From the NCBI GenBank assembly GCA_011109175.1, contig RDEW01000077.1, forward strand, positions 121,133-165,531: 44,399 nt of DNA, written 5' to 3'. Under the pieces are notes generated by a model. That model searched no databases, was not told the origin of the DNA, and worked only from the letters and a program-made list of their open reading frames with translations. The position numbers and the translations under genes are program-made. This DNA comes from Dicyema japonicum (taxonomy: Eukaryota; Animalia; Dicyemida). Below, one piece after another: positions 12,730 through 26,199 of the stretch (position 1 is its first letter; the number at the start of each line of letters is the position of its first letter).

Positions 12730-12890
12730 AGACTCTTTAGAAACGTGTTGGTTCACTGGCGGAGCATTTGAAGAGAATTCGAGAGATGCTGGAGGCTGGG
12801 ATCACTTAATTTAGCGAGTTAATTCTTTCTTTCTTGGTTGTCTTGGGGTTTTAGAATAAAAAAATAAAAAATAAATAAATAAATGTTAAT
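12730..12890 (+). mobile_element. Short 5'-truncated retroelement tail family (also 30355-30470 and 20491-20594)
   Basis: ggttcactggcgg...gagaattcgagagatgctggaggctgggatcacttaatttagcgagtt recurs at 30364; A-rich tail. Confidence 0.55.
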
Positions 12891-13049
12891 ATCGTCTGAA
12901 ATAATTAGCTAGAAAATCGTTAGGAAATTAACGTTAAGAGGTTCCTTAGAAAATAAACTTATTGTTACTGACTAAAGATTGTAAATTAAAAAAGATGTAC
13001 AAAAAATTTTCCTAGTTTTATTGAGCCATACGTGTGCTCGGGAGATAAA

Positions 13050-14480
13050 AGAAGAATGTTAGAACTAAAAGGTATTATTATCAGCAACAAGGATAATCCT
13101 GGTTTTTCCAATTGCATTGTTATATGTAATCCTTCTCACCACATATCGGGCGTATATGCTGTATCTCTCGACCACGTGGTTTAATCTATGCTCTGATTAG
13201 AATGGAGACTAAAGGTTATGTGCGTCATAAGAAGTTAATTGGTCGAAAGTTAAGATGGTGACTTATCTACTCATCTAATTAAGGATGAAACCCTTGTCTT
13301 CCTTATTTTCTTGACTATGGAGGACATGACAAACTTAAAAGACATCATAAATTAGATTTTCTAAACGAAGGAAGCGTCGGGTGCATGAAGGATTCGAGTT
13401 AGAATCTAAACTGAAGACAGTAGACTCAATGTCTTCATATATTATTAAGGACGAGTAGGATTTTTTGTTTGTTCCACTCGCCAGTGAGACGTCTGGTTTC
13501 CTTGCTTTTTCGATGCTGGAATTTTTGAGTCGAATAGGATTTCTACACTATCGGGAGACCATATAAGAAAATATTCATTTGAATATAAAAGAAACTGGCA
13601 CTAAAAGCCCTTAGACAGCGGGATACATGAGATTTTAATAATGTAGTAAGTAATCTCATGTTCTACTGCAGACAGTATTATAAGCAGCATTACATTTTGA
13701 TTACACACATCATCTATCGACATATTATCTTCAAAGAGATTTGAACCTGGATCTCACATGCACCCGACGAATTTTAGTTAAGAATTTTGGATTTCTGTTG
13801 TCATATGAATTTGTCACCCTGTCCATGCTCCGAGAAGTAAAACAACGGTTTCCATTTGCCATCAAACAAACAGTTAACAAAAACTAGAAGTTACTGTCAA
13901 ACCAGACTGTTCTAATAAAAGCAATAATGTTTCAAAATGGAGCAAAAATACGTTGAAAGTCACGTGGACAGGTTCACAAGTTAGAAAAAATCTATTTTCC
14001 TATTAATATTAAAATAAGATTTTAATTATCAATTTGAGGATTCAATTTTTGGTTATTCTGGAGTACTCCAGAGTTCAATAAGATCTCCATCACGTTTCAA
14101 TTATTCTAGGTGACACTCCCAAACCCAGTGGAGAAAACGACCTCTCTTGGTTTATGCAGACGAAATGATTCTAGCATCCCGGGATCAATACGTCCAGCCT
14201 TTCACGGAGAGAATTGACTTTTGTATGCATGGGCTATACGTGATTTTTTCCCACAGTATATTTTGTGGTCCACACATATATGATGTTCAGTTACTTCTAA
14301 CCACTTTTCTGTAAAATTTTTATCTCTTCTTGAGAAAATATTTTCATATTATTGTAAAAAAAGGTTCGTGGCATAAGTTACCATAGATGTTTTTGACTGA
14401 CAAATATACACTTTTGGGTATTTTCCACTCAACCTGGTCAAAGATCTGATATTCCTTGCAAAATACCTATTGATATCTCC
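13050..14480 (-). mobile_element. Heavily decayed LINE RT/C-terminal region
   Basis: Remnants DPGSNLFEDNMS (DLGVxFD-like), NEYFLIWSP (EYxxxWSP-like) and ICGEKD (terminal zinc knuckle). Confidence 0.4.
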
Positions 14481-14526
14481 ACTGTTCATATTTCATGTTA
14501 GTTAGAATTTAATTTGTTCATATTTC

Positions 14527-14895
14527 ATGTTAGTTGATCTATACAAAGTATGTAATACAAGACCATTGAGTCTGGATATCCTTGAATCAAGATGGCGTCT
14601 GTTTGGTCACATCCTTCGAATGAGCCAGATGACGCCTGCTAAAATAGCAATAGAGAACTATTTCTGCCCAGAAGTGAATACCTCGTTCCGTGGAAGACCT
14701 CGCATAACTTTGCCAGAAATTCTACACAAGGACCTGACCAATGTAGGACGAAAGCTGAAAACAGTAGATGATCTGGATACGCTCAGAATAACTGTCAGTA
14801 ACCGCGGAGCATGGAGGAAGTTAGTTAAGAAAATTGTGGGAGAAAGAATAACCTGAAGAAAAATACGGCACAAGCGGAACCTTAATTAAATAAAT
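14527..14895 (+). mobile_element. RTE-clade LINE 3' end
   Basis: Open frame RWRLFGHILRM...PAKIAIENYF...RGRPRITLP...DL...NRGAWRKLV. Confidence 0.85.
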
Positions 14896-14999
14896 TACAT
14901 TTTTGGTTCTTGAAAGTGCTATTAATAGTAATAACTCATAACTAGACATCTGATGGAATTAATCATCCAACGAGCAAGTCAACAACATTCCAGAATTTG

Positions 15000-15592
15000 A
15001 AATAAAATTGTGACTGATCGAGTCAAATGATTTGTTTCACTACCAGAGAAGAACGTTTAGAGTTATCAAGTGATCGACTCCTAGAATGTAATGTTCCAAA
15101 CAACTCATCAGGAATACGCAACTCGTTAGAACCAAGGATTGCGGCTATGTTCCATGATAAACGATTATACTCTCAATACGTTATTGTTTGGGCTCGAGAA
15201 AAAAACATGAAGTCGCTGCTGGAACGTGCTTGTGGCGGCAGAGGTCAAGTCCGCCATATCTGAACTTTGGACTGCAAAATGCTAAGTCATTAACGTTGCT
15301 TGCGCAGAGGACGACTTAAACCAAGCACTGGCTATGATTTCGACTTACTTCCATTTTATCTGAATTAGAAGTGTTAATTTGAAATAACCTCAACGTCTTC
15401 TCACGAAAGGAACAAACTTTGACACCATTCACGTCTTCATGCTTGCAGTACAGGGAGTTTTCAACTCTTTCAAAACTTTAAGCGAGTAATACCACCATGT
15501 ACGTGAGTCGCGCGACACATTAATGAGCGTGCTGGGATCATGTGATTAGTTATTTTGTGTAACCGTGGTCTCTGGTGTTATTTTTATTACTG
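15000..15592 (+). mobile_element. Decayed retroelement ending in the same 3' tail as the 3953-7090 LINE
   Basis: tgtaaccgtggtctctggtgttattttttattac at ~15558-15591 matches the tail at 3953-3996; the upstream part is unresolved. Confidence 0.35.
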
Positions 15593-16517
15593 ACAGAACG
15601 AACGATAATGATCCAAAAGTGACGTAATAAACCATACTTTCTCACGTCTCTATATTCAATGTTCCCGTTGTCCAAATCATGGACACCTTGGTCGAAATAA
15701 GCTTAGAACCGCACAATCTCTGCATCTCTGCCAAATTGGTCATACCTCTCATGCCTTGAGAATCACAGAAGGCAGAAGGAGCCCTCCTCTGGACCTGTCC
15801 TGGGCCTATATAACACGGATGAATGTCTACGCCGTTTGATTCAGCTTGAGTCGGAGAGGGTAACCTACTTAGGATTCCAAGGTCTGCGCGTCTACAGCTA
15901 CCTCCTGTCTTTCAAAGCTAATCCCAAGGCAGTCGATGACAAAGCTCAAATGCCTGGATATGCCTTCTCTGATTTGCACCTCTTGTCGCCTGATTACATC
16001 TGATCTCGATAATTTGGACACAAAATCCTTGTACTGTCTTCATTTTGTATGTCAAAGTGAATTCGATCTCACATAAATGGAAAAATTCGAGTATCACTCC
16101 TAATTTAAAACTAGACAACCTAGAGTCTCATCTTCTTCCCATCACCCGATATCCATGACAACTGTCTATCACACCTCCTGGAGAAACTCGTGTTGTGAGA
16201 AATTACTTATGACTTGTTTAAGTACCCTTCCAACACGGTTTCAAATCGAAAGGTTGAACTACAACGCATCTTGCTAACTTACTCACCGGGTGCAAAGGTC
16301 ACGTGCATCGGGAACGACATATATGTACAATCATTTTCCCTTAATCTAGACCTCATTGGAATCGAACATGCTTTTAGTGTTCTATAGTATTTCCTATAAT
16401 CAAAGAGTGAAAGGATGGTTGGATATGGAACTAAATGGGGGACTTTGTTTCAAAGCTACAAACTGAAAATATTGAAAGTGACTTTGAATCACCATATGAA
16501 GAACGTTCTGATAAGTG

Positions 16518-18196
16518 ATAAACGATAACGATAAAACACTTTATTAAGCAAAAAATAATAGTAAGTAATTAGGGAAGAACTATTTAAGGGCTTTTTAACC
16601 GCCTTGCGGCAGCGTTTTCGTCCCATTTCTTTCGTCTTCTCCGTGCCTCCTTCTTTAGTTAAATTTTAATATCTTTTTGATCACTTCCTCCGGGTCCTTA
16701 AAATCAAGGTATCCTCTTTCCGGCAGCGGCGCTCTATAAGACATTCCTAGAGAATACCGTATTGTCCGCCGCCGAACCTTCCTAAGGTTCGTGAGGCACT
16801 TTTCGCGTTCCTCAGTGCGATACCAGGAGTGCGCACCATAATTGTCAGCATAGGCAGCACCATGGCGTTGAACACTTTGGCCCAGGCATCGCGGCTCAGC
16901 TGAAAAGCCCTCAGCGCTCCTAGTATTTGCACAGCCCGCCTCTTAACGAGGGCGGTGTGCTCCTGGAAACTACACTTGGAGTTGAACGTCACTCCAAGGT
17001 AGCTCGTCCGCCCAGTGACCTCTATAGGTACCCCATATATGGTCACTCTAGGTATTAAATTATTAGACCGCTTAGGGCGGCCAAAACTAATAACCTGCAT
17101 TTCTCGGTCTCAGCCTGAGTCCTCTGCTCCCACACCGGCGTATGATTTCATCGACAGCGACTTGAATCCTCCGACACGCCACATCTGGTTTCCACGAGTG
17201 ATCTCAGAGTACTATGTCGTCCGCATAGACAGCCATCTCCGTCCTCACATTGGCTGGGTGAGGGAGTGTAGACAGGTATATGTTAAAAGGGTAGGGCTCA
17301 GAACCGACCCTTGAGGAACTCCCCGGTTAGATCTAAACAAACTAAATCGGCAACCTTTATGCCTTACGTAGTTCATCCGATCCTCTAAGAAGCTTGACAA
17401 CCAGCTCCTTAGTTCCAGGGGAATTCCTCCTTCAACAAGGGCGCATCGGAAGCCGTCATGCCAGACCGAGTCGAACGCTCTCTCCACATCCAGAACAGTG
17501 CGGCTGTGCACTCCTTCTTACTCCTTTCACGAATCTGAGAGCTCAACCTCCAAAGGCAGTCCCCAGGAACGCCCCTCACGGAATCCCATCTGAAGGTCCG
17601 AGAGGGTGTTTCTTATTATGCATTCCTGGGTTAACCTCTGGTGTATCACTCTCTCTAAGATTTTAGCAACGGCAGGCAACAGGATTATAGAGCGGTAGCT
17701 ACTAGGGTCTTCAGGAGGTTTTCCTGGTTTCCTTACAAAAACCAGTTCCGCTTCTTTCCAACGCCTAGGAACGTAACCCAACCTGAAGCTACCGTTGTAC
17801 AACCTTACCAAGGTCGCTAGAAGACTTGCAGGCCCTTTCTTGAAAAGGGCCATAGGGATCTTGTCCTGGCTCGGTGCGTTGTTCTTCGACCGGACCTCCT
17901 CCTCAGTTATATACGTCATGTTCGGGTTCCCTCGAAAGTGGCTCCGCTTGCGCCTTTCCGTAGAGATGACGTCCTCAATACTTTGGCGGGCAGACCTTTC
18001 GACGAATTTGTCCGGTCGAACTGCAGTGACTGCCTCAAAGCTACCTGCGAAGATGCGAGGTTTTAGAACCATCCACACGACACAGGGTACGCGAAGACGA
18101 CTCTTCCCCTCTGCCCGACAGGCGCTTCAGTTGAATCCAGAAGTCCGGCCATGCGGGGTTCACCCTCTCGCAGGCCCCCTCCATTTGTCGCTATGG
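16518..18196 (-). mobile_element. Jockey-like LINE, 5'-truncated, frameshifted RT
   Basis: VPRRWKEAELVFVRKPGKPPEDPSSYRSIILL, QMGFREGRS, LDVERAFDSVWHDG, GVPQGSVLSP, YLGVTFN; AATAAA followed by a (TTATCG)n tail at 16518-16545. Confidence 0.9.
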
Positions 18197-18968
18197 AATT
18201 TATTATAACATAATAATCTTATAATTTACAAGATTTCCTATCGATAACGACAATAGTCAACCAATAACGACAATAGTCGATCAATAAATGACTCATCAAC
18301 CAAAAACAGTGGGGCCTGTTTACAGCAAACAATCAGATCGATTCCATCAGTTAGAAATAGAAGCCGAAGAGTCAGGAAATACTTCAAGAGGTCACAACAT
18401 TCGCAAATCGCCTAAAAAGAGAACATCGCAAAAATAGAAGAATTGTGGGGACGTTGAAAGACACCAAAAATTTATTTTGTTTTTTATATATTTATTACCT
18501 CAGGATCACTAGATTAAAAGAAAAAGGAATGTCCTCAGCTAACTAAGTGGTCTCAAAAACAACTTGTGAGGACGGGGATCATGAACTTTCATTGAGTAAG
18601 GAGTCAACCTAGATTTTTGGGGGTTTTCAAGTTATTTGAGAATAATTTTCAGGGAGCCCTTTTGAAAGGCTGACCACTTTACAAATTTCCTTCGTCGTTC
18701 AAGTAGAAGTGCTTCAAGAAAAATAAACTTCAAAATTATGACCGATGACTCTAATGGCGTTTTCCTGAATTGCGGATAACTTATGCAGGGAAAAAGGGGA
18801 AATTAGCATAGATCCGTTTTGACGTCATAAATGACTTAGATAGTAGAGAAGCGTCTAGTGTTTATTTTGAGAGTTTTTGAGATGATCTTTAGAACTGTCA
18901 TTCTCCCAGTATGCGGCCACCAGCTTTTTGGCATTTCTCGCAAAAAGATAGTTTTGGGTAGAATATTA

Positions 18969-20675
18969 TGTCACATGGGCCAAGCGTTACCTATGGGCAG
19001 CCTGTTACATTAACCTTGAACCAAGATTAACTTCAATTAATTTTATAAATAATTTATTAACCACAAAAAATTAAATTTAAGTAACTTTTTTTAGTCTACT
19101 CATTAATACACTCGATATTTCTCCTTTCGAATTTTTTATCTATCAAATTAAACTATTTAAAACTACCTCCACGCGATTATTCGATAAAATATTAATTATT
19201 TATGCAACTGGATAATACTGAGACTCAAACTTATCCAGTCGCAATGAGGGATTTGTTCCAAAGTCCTTTTTAGCCCGAACCTATTTATTAATGTTTTTGA
19301 TTCATACTTTATCTCCCATGTTAAAAGTATATTTACTATTATGAACATTCATTTTCCTGTTCATAGCTTTGTAATAATTCAAATTTTCTTCAATCGATTT
19401 AATTTCGAATTGAATCTCTTCGCATTCGGACACAAATTATCTGACTGGGAATTATCTAGATATAAATTTTTTAAATCAAACTACGTGAATTTTCAATAGA
19501 TTCTGGAGTCGAACAATTAACCAAATCGTCAATTTGTTCTGGAATCGCACACTCATCACTTAAATTATCTAAGTCATAATGTGATATAAGTATAACCATT
19601 AATTATTGAATTTATTCCCTTAATTCCTCGATATCTTTCGAAAGGACTTTCGTTAGAAAATGAATGGACCGATATGTTGTAACTGTAGACAGCACTTTCT
19701 AATTCATCAAGCCACTTTTTTTCACTGTTATCCAGCATTTTTGACAACTTCCTCGTGATCGTCTGATTCTTTCGACAATTCCTTGTGCTCGTGGATTGTT
19801 AGGCCTTCCGTGAATTTGCTTAATGTTAAAATCTCCGCAAAGTTTTGTTATTTCTTGATTTTTAAATTCAGAACCATTGTCCGACTGAAGAAATTTACAT
19901 GGCCCATTCAGGCGGAACAAAGATCTTAAGTTTTCACATACTTCTTTACCAGCGAAAATTTGCAGACTTCACAATTTCGAATGACTTTTCTGATAATCTC
20001 ATTCTTTACAGTGAAGTATCTGTGTCGACATTCATACTCAATTTTATTGACTCCTCCGTGTGAAAACTTGTGCAACGATTTCGCAACATGCTCCATTTCG
20101 GTTTCATTATCCAGGGATATGACTAACTTGGGATCAGTTGATTTAAGATAGTCTAAAATTATTGAAAATTTACAATACCTGTCATTGATAATAGAAAAAT
20201 TCTCTATCTTCTTTACAAGCCTATATTTTCGGTGTCTCGGAAGATTTTCGGGAAATTTATCAGCAAAGCATCTTTTAAAGTTTGATATTCAACGCAATCT
20301 TTCACAAAACCCTTGTAAGAAGCCATTGCAACAAAATAATCTTCCATGCTATAAATCACGCTAGAAATCTAGGTTTACCGCTATAAAAAAATAAAATCTT
20401 TATAATCATAACATTTATGAATAAAAAACTAATTTAACAGAATTAAATCACGATATAAATCGGATATATAAAATTAAATGTCGGATAATCCAATAAGTGA
20501 CTCATCCTCACCTTTGTCGGTCTGGGATCACTTAGTTAGATGAGAATTTTTATTTCTTTCTTTTTGACCCAGTGATCCTGGGGGTAATAATAATAATGTC
20601 GGATAATCAAAAGACCTTTTCAAGGTCGAAAAAATGTAACAGGCTGTCCATGCGTTACGCGCCGCCCATGTGACA
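18969..20675 (-). mobile_element. Ginger2/TDD-like integrase DNA transposon (TGT...ACA), family 2, internally deleted
   Basis: 43-bp TIR (36/43 identical) starting tgtcacatgggc; 5-bp TSD TATTA at 18964-18968 and 20676-20680; empty site gaatattactc in copy A (~1183-1193). Integrase HHCC (HKFSHGGVNK...CEVC) and core LQSDNGSEFKN...GRPNNPRAQGIVER. Confidence 0.9.
20491..20594 (+). mobile_element. 104-bp truncated retroelement tail nested in the Ginger-like element
   Basis: Flanked by the direct repeat aatgtcggataatc (20477-20490, 20595-20608); ends in (TAA)n; contains ctgggatcactta shared with the 12730 family. Confidence 0.65.
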
Positions 20676-21915
20676 TATTACTCCCATTATGTTTCTGCGT
20701 GATATTTAGGAAGATGTTTAGCTTTGTGTTGTAGTGTCTTTTACATGTAGAAGGACTTCGTTGGGATACTTTGAGTCGTAATTGAGCAAACCATTGGATC
20801 AGTGTCCAACTACCTATTGGCTGCTAGATGATCACTGGCAGTGAGGACTATACCATCAGGGACACCAGGATTATATTTTTATCAGTAGATCGTGTCATCT
20901 CATGTTGCATGGATAGAAGATGTCGTTGAAAGTGGAAAACTTTGGAGAATTTCTTATCAGAGAGATGTCTTCACTAAATCGCATGACGTTCTTGTGAATC
21001 GATGTATCAAAGGTTATAGTTATCAGTCTTAGGATTCAGGGACCATCTGCTTTTGTTCCATGATGGAATCAAAATATATTGAGTTATTTATTTATAGACT
21101 TCTGGAAGACATGATACAACTATTGGATCCTTTTGTCTTAATATTCTCTAGATCTTTGTGGTCTTGGAAAAATTTTTGAGATGCAGAGGCATATAATTTG
21201 ATCGGAATATTTGAATGAAGATCCATTTTGAGGTTCAACAGTTGATCTCTTGAGAGACTTATTTTGTGTTCCCAACCTATTTTATAAGGATTTCAAATGA
21301 GAAGTCAAAGGGGTTTATCAATATGTCACGTGGGAACTATTTGGATACTCAGGTTGACATTTAAAAATTTTCCTTTCTTATCATTGGCTTGTCCCAGGAA
21401 CTAGACGGGATGATTAGCATTAAAGTCTTTGCAAATGAACAGGTAAGGTAAGAAATATCAAAGTGATGTCTTACTAAGTTTAGGATCGTGCTATTAACCT
21501 CCTTTATATTCAATTGAAAGATTGGGCATGAGTTTGCACTTATGTCATTGACATAGGCTCTCTTTAGGATCAATCCATTTTAAAGGATAGGAAAGTACGT
21601 CAACACATCAGTGACACACGTGACATTAATATTATTTTAATAGCCACGGATATACTGGAATGAGTTAAGAGCTAATCAACGTCAATTTAGGTATATCCAG
21701 TTTTCATGATCAGACTAAGAAGTATCCTTTCCAAGCATCACGTTCATCCATATTCCACATCTGATGGAGTATGGAGGAAAGTGATCATTTTTTGGATGTC
21801 TAAAGGCACAAGACGTCTCTAGAAAGATGATGACATTACGCCTCTTAAGGCTCAGAATGAAGGCAATCCTCAATTCCTTAACAATTAATATTTTTTGCAT
21901 TTTCCTGATATTTAT

Positions 21916-23305
21916 TGTCACCGTCCGTACGTGGAACTCCGCTATACGTGGAACTCGACAAGAACCAATCAAAATAATAATTAATTCTCTGGATAATTCA
22001 GATTTTTCTGAGTTAATGGTGTAATTTTTAGTTAAAGTCTCGTTAATATTTAAAAAACATAAAGTAGCAAAAAAGACATTCAATATGAATAGAGTGTCAA
22101 TTTAATGATATTTTATTATTCTTAATTAACAAAAAACTTTATTAATATTTAAAAAAAATTATTTTATTTCTGCACATGGTTTTAAGCTTCAAGTTTAACA
22201 TTGATGATTGGCGTCAAATAATCGAATATCTAAAAAATGGATATTTTGATGCTTCGCTTTCAAGAAAGAGTATATTTTTGGAATACCAAGATTACCATGG
22301 GTTCAAGGCCAGGTTGAGAGTTATCATTTATATAATAGTGTATAGGTTAAATCAATATCTTAAAAAATGGTTATCATCTTTTTCTTCTACTGAAGGAATT
22401 CTAGGAAAATATCAATGCAGTCTGGGAGATATTGTATTCAGCTATAATATTACCAATCACGAGACCTCCAAACATCTCATTTCAAGATTTTTAATGGAGT
22501 GGATTATCCGCCACAAATATCTGATGAACGCTTAAATAGATTACTACAGTATGTAGAAGATGAAGACTTATCTTTGTCACGGGATTTTGCATGAAGGCAT
22601 ACTTTGGTAGCTCCAGAAAAAATGCGAAAGAAAAAAGATGGAAAAATGACGAAGAATCGTTGAATGTAGGACAGTCATTCTACGAATGGACTGTGATTAC
22701 AATCAAACAACGAAAAATGGTCCATTATATGAGCAATTGACACTACAGTTTATCTAGTAGTGGATATAAAAGGAATTATGGTCCACATAGATGGTGGCAA
22801 CTATGAAATAATGATAGTCCACCATAGCCGAGTTAAAGATTATTTTAATTGACTTTCCTTCCAAGAAATATTTTTAATCATTTTGGCTTAACGTGGAGAT
22901 TAGATTTAGTTGTTGATTAGGTATTGATTATTGTTGAAAATTGCTTTAGGGATGAGATCACACTTAGGTATTTTTATGAAAGGGATTTGAATTCGTCAAC
23001 GTTATGGTTATAATTAGACTTGGATAGTCAAGGGATAGGGTTTATGATATTTTTAGGTTTATGAATTAAAATTACGGTTTAAAGTTAGGGTTTATATTTA
23101 GGGATAAGGGATTAGGTTAGGTTTAGGGGTTTGGGATAAGGTTTAGGGTTTGGGATTAGGGTTAGGGATTAAGGATACGTTTTGGGATTAACGGAATATT
23201 TAACTAAATAAATTGGTTTTTTTAACTAAATAAAATAATTAGAGTCAGGAAAAATGTTATAAAACTCCAATAAAATCGATAGAGTTCCACGTACGGACGA
23301 TGACA
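21916..23305 (+). mobile_element. Ginger/TDD-like family 1, copy B
   Basis: Same 24-bp TIRs and TTTAT TSD (21911-21915, 23306-23310) as 2433-3804. Confidence 0.85.
23075..23192 (+). repeat. Degenerate TTAGGG-like, G-run-rich tract (copy B)
   Basis: gttagggtttatatttagggataagggattaggttaggtttaggggtttgggataaggtttagggtttgggattagggttaggg. Confidence 0.7.
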
Positions 23306-23454
23306 TTTATTATTCAGGAACCCCCAAATGGTAGGGAGAAGTTGATGCCTATTTTCGTTCCTTTCGGGAATGGATGATACCTTTTCGGTTGAGCCATAAG
23401 ACACTAAGTTAAGCACAATTTCACATTTTTGCCCTAATTTTTTTAAAAGCAAAG

Positions 23455-25975
23455 TAATAATAATAATAACAACAACAGAGACCACGGTTACAAAAACTCA
23501 GTACTCGCTATCTGAGACCTCAACTTGGCTCTATGTTCCTCCCTCGGCCCTCCGATGGTCACATCATCCAGGAACCACACAAACAAGTATCGGCCGAATG
23601 ATTGGATCTATGTAGTCACGACGGCGCCTTCCACATTGGAGAGAAAGACATTTGAATGTCAAAAGTCACTCCAAGGATCCTTTGAGATCTGCTAAAAGGG
23701 ATAACTCCATGATTTGCTTTCTGATCGACCGTCCGTCTTTCCAGTCTCTTGCCTGATGTAAATAGAGTTGTCGTGGATTTCTCACTGCTGGTAGCTGGCG
23801 ATTCTTCGATAGCCTTTAGACAAGACTGTCCAGATATTGTGCAATATAGAAGCACGTTACGTAATGACAACGTCGTCGGCATAAGTCAGAAAAATATCAT
23901 TTTCTACGTCCGGCGTGGGGGTGATCCTCCATGAATAGATTGAATAGTAATGGAGACAAAGGGGATCCTTGGAATATCTTCCTCTGAATGATAATTTTTT
24001 ATAATTAAAAACTTGAATTTATAATTAAATTAAAAATAATATTTTAAATCTAAGAAATTTGTTGGTAGTGAATTAACTAAAGAATACGTCCCTCCCTTCA
24101 TAATTGAACGTACAACCTATCTTTTGCGAGAAATGCCAGACAAATGTATCAAAATTGACAAAGTGACATCAACGGAAAATTCAACTAAAAGTGGGGGTGA
24201 TTTCTCTAAATGGTTGGATTCGCACATTTTGGTTATGAGAGACCAGTTGGATCCCTTTCTTGTGGCATCTACTTAGCCAACGAATGTATTTATCATTTCA
24301 TTTTCAAGTAGATGATATGTTCTGAATTTGATGCCCCTTCATTCATATCCAAACTGGAGTCGTTCAGGAAACTTTTTGAATCCATGTATTTGCATTTTTT
24401 GTATTTAAGAAGTGGAATTGTTCACTATGTGGATCAACATGAAAGGATAGCTTCTAAATGATAGCTTTATGTTGATTCGAGAGAATAGTAAAGTAAATGT
24501 TCTTAAGTTCCACTTGTTATTCAATGTCCACATCTAGTGCTCGATGGTGCTCAGTATCCACTAATGGATTGGTTTCCTGAACTGCAAGGACTGGTTATCT
24601 AATCTTTCTCCTGGTTCTGGATGGAGTTCTGAGAAAACTATTAACTTTTTTATGTATTCGGATTCACCTTACGGAGGAGATGCCCAATGCCTGGCCGGAA
24701 TCAAGAGGATCCAACTATTATTTTCCTGGGGACATGTCGAATAACTCTCAACCAAATATATCCATGGTGGGCTAAGATGTGTTCGAGCTGGACACTTCCA
24801 TGGAAGACCAAGCATAACTCACCATTATAACCTGATTTTGTTGCACATGTGTTGTTATAAGTATTATGACTCGTGAAAGTTCTTATTACTGCTCAGTGTT
24901 AACTTGCCACAAAAACCATTCGATTTTCATTTCATTGAGATGGCTTTGTGATATCACTTTCTCTTCAGACTCCTCTCTAACAATCCTCAGTCTAAATGTT
25001 GACTGTATCCGCAACACCTATCGACTGTGAATCCCAAAGTGAAATTGCACTTATATATTGGTCGAAGCTTTCTAAAACAGTCCCTACTCCTTGTTTTCTT
25101 GGATACTCTTTACTCATCAAATGATCGGTTGGAGGATCTGGTGAAATATTCTTTACAATCATGAGGAACTGACCGATGGTTGGGGAATATATTCTGCTGG
25201 CTGAACGAACTGGATCTTTAAACGATCGAAATGCTCATTTCAGTACCCCAATCCGAAGAAAGGATAGCTCTACTTTTCTAGATATGTCATCTTTGGCAAG
25301 TATCTTTCATGGAGCCGTCTGATGCTTTCTCTTATGATCATAACTTGTTTAAGTTAAGTTCCAAAGATCTCTTTGTGTGCAGAGGTTCATTCCGAAACTA
25401 CCTTCTCACTTGGCCTCTTAAGAGAAAGATTTACAAGAACGTAGATGGAGAACTAATACTCTGTAGCTTCCGTGTAATCATTCAATTCGATAATCTCCTA
25501 GATAATCAGTCAACCACATTTACAAATGAAGTTGATCACTAATGTGATTGACGTAAAAACTGGTTTCAGTGTTGTAGACATATTACATGCTTTCGACTTT
25601 TCCAATCTCTCGGCATACTCGAGCCACAAACCATGGATTGCAACTTTATCTTCCGGGCAACGTGAAATGGCTTTTTATTATAAAAAAGTCAAGATCTCGA
25701 CTATCATCAAATAAAGATCCTCATAGCCCCCCACTTTCACCTATACTTCCAACTTATACCATGAATTTATGGATCAGAGTTCTTTGTGTGGCTCGGTTAA
25801 TAAGTGGCTTAGTGTAAAAAGTTCCGGACAAAAAACGTGAGATCTCTGTTCGAATCCCGCTGCTGTCCACTCAGCTGAAAGTTCCACGCATCTGCAATGC
25901 TTTGGGGTTGACGAGTGACGCCGTTATCAGTGTCTCATCACTGTGGAACTGGATTGGCTTCGTGACACACAAAAA
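23455..25975 (-). mobile_element. Decayed LINE, copy B of 3953-7090 (uninterrupted)
   Basis: Colinear with copy A; reads RIFQGSPLSPLLFNLFMEDHP across the site that is interrupted in copy A. Confidence 0.7.
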
Positions 25976-26199
25976 GTCAATAATACTTTCAATGTCTCTG
26001 ATATGGCTTGGATTAATTAATTAACATTACTCTTCTTAAAATAAAGTGTGAGTTCTGCCTAAGGTGGGATTACGTAATGGAAACATTACCCACTCTTGCC
26101 GGGAGGGCTGTTTAAAAAAATTCTTCTTTTATTCGTAAGTGAAATCAAGATATCAAAAGATCCTTGATTTCACTTACTATAATTAAGGACTTTTCACCT

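Larger units (their letters stand above)
15650..21620 (-). mobile_element. Decayed APE+RT LINE (copy B of 1-2140), interrupted by a Jockey-like LINE and a Ginger-like element
   Basis: Homologous to copy A at 16248-16516, ~18230-18968 and 20676-21620. RT-like remnants continue left of 16248 (VSPGGVIDS, a weak GVPQGSV-like match). Confidence 0.65.
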
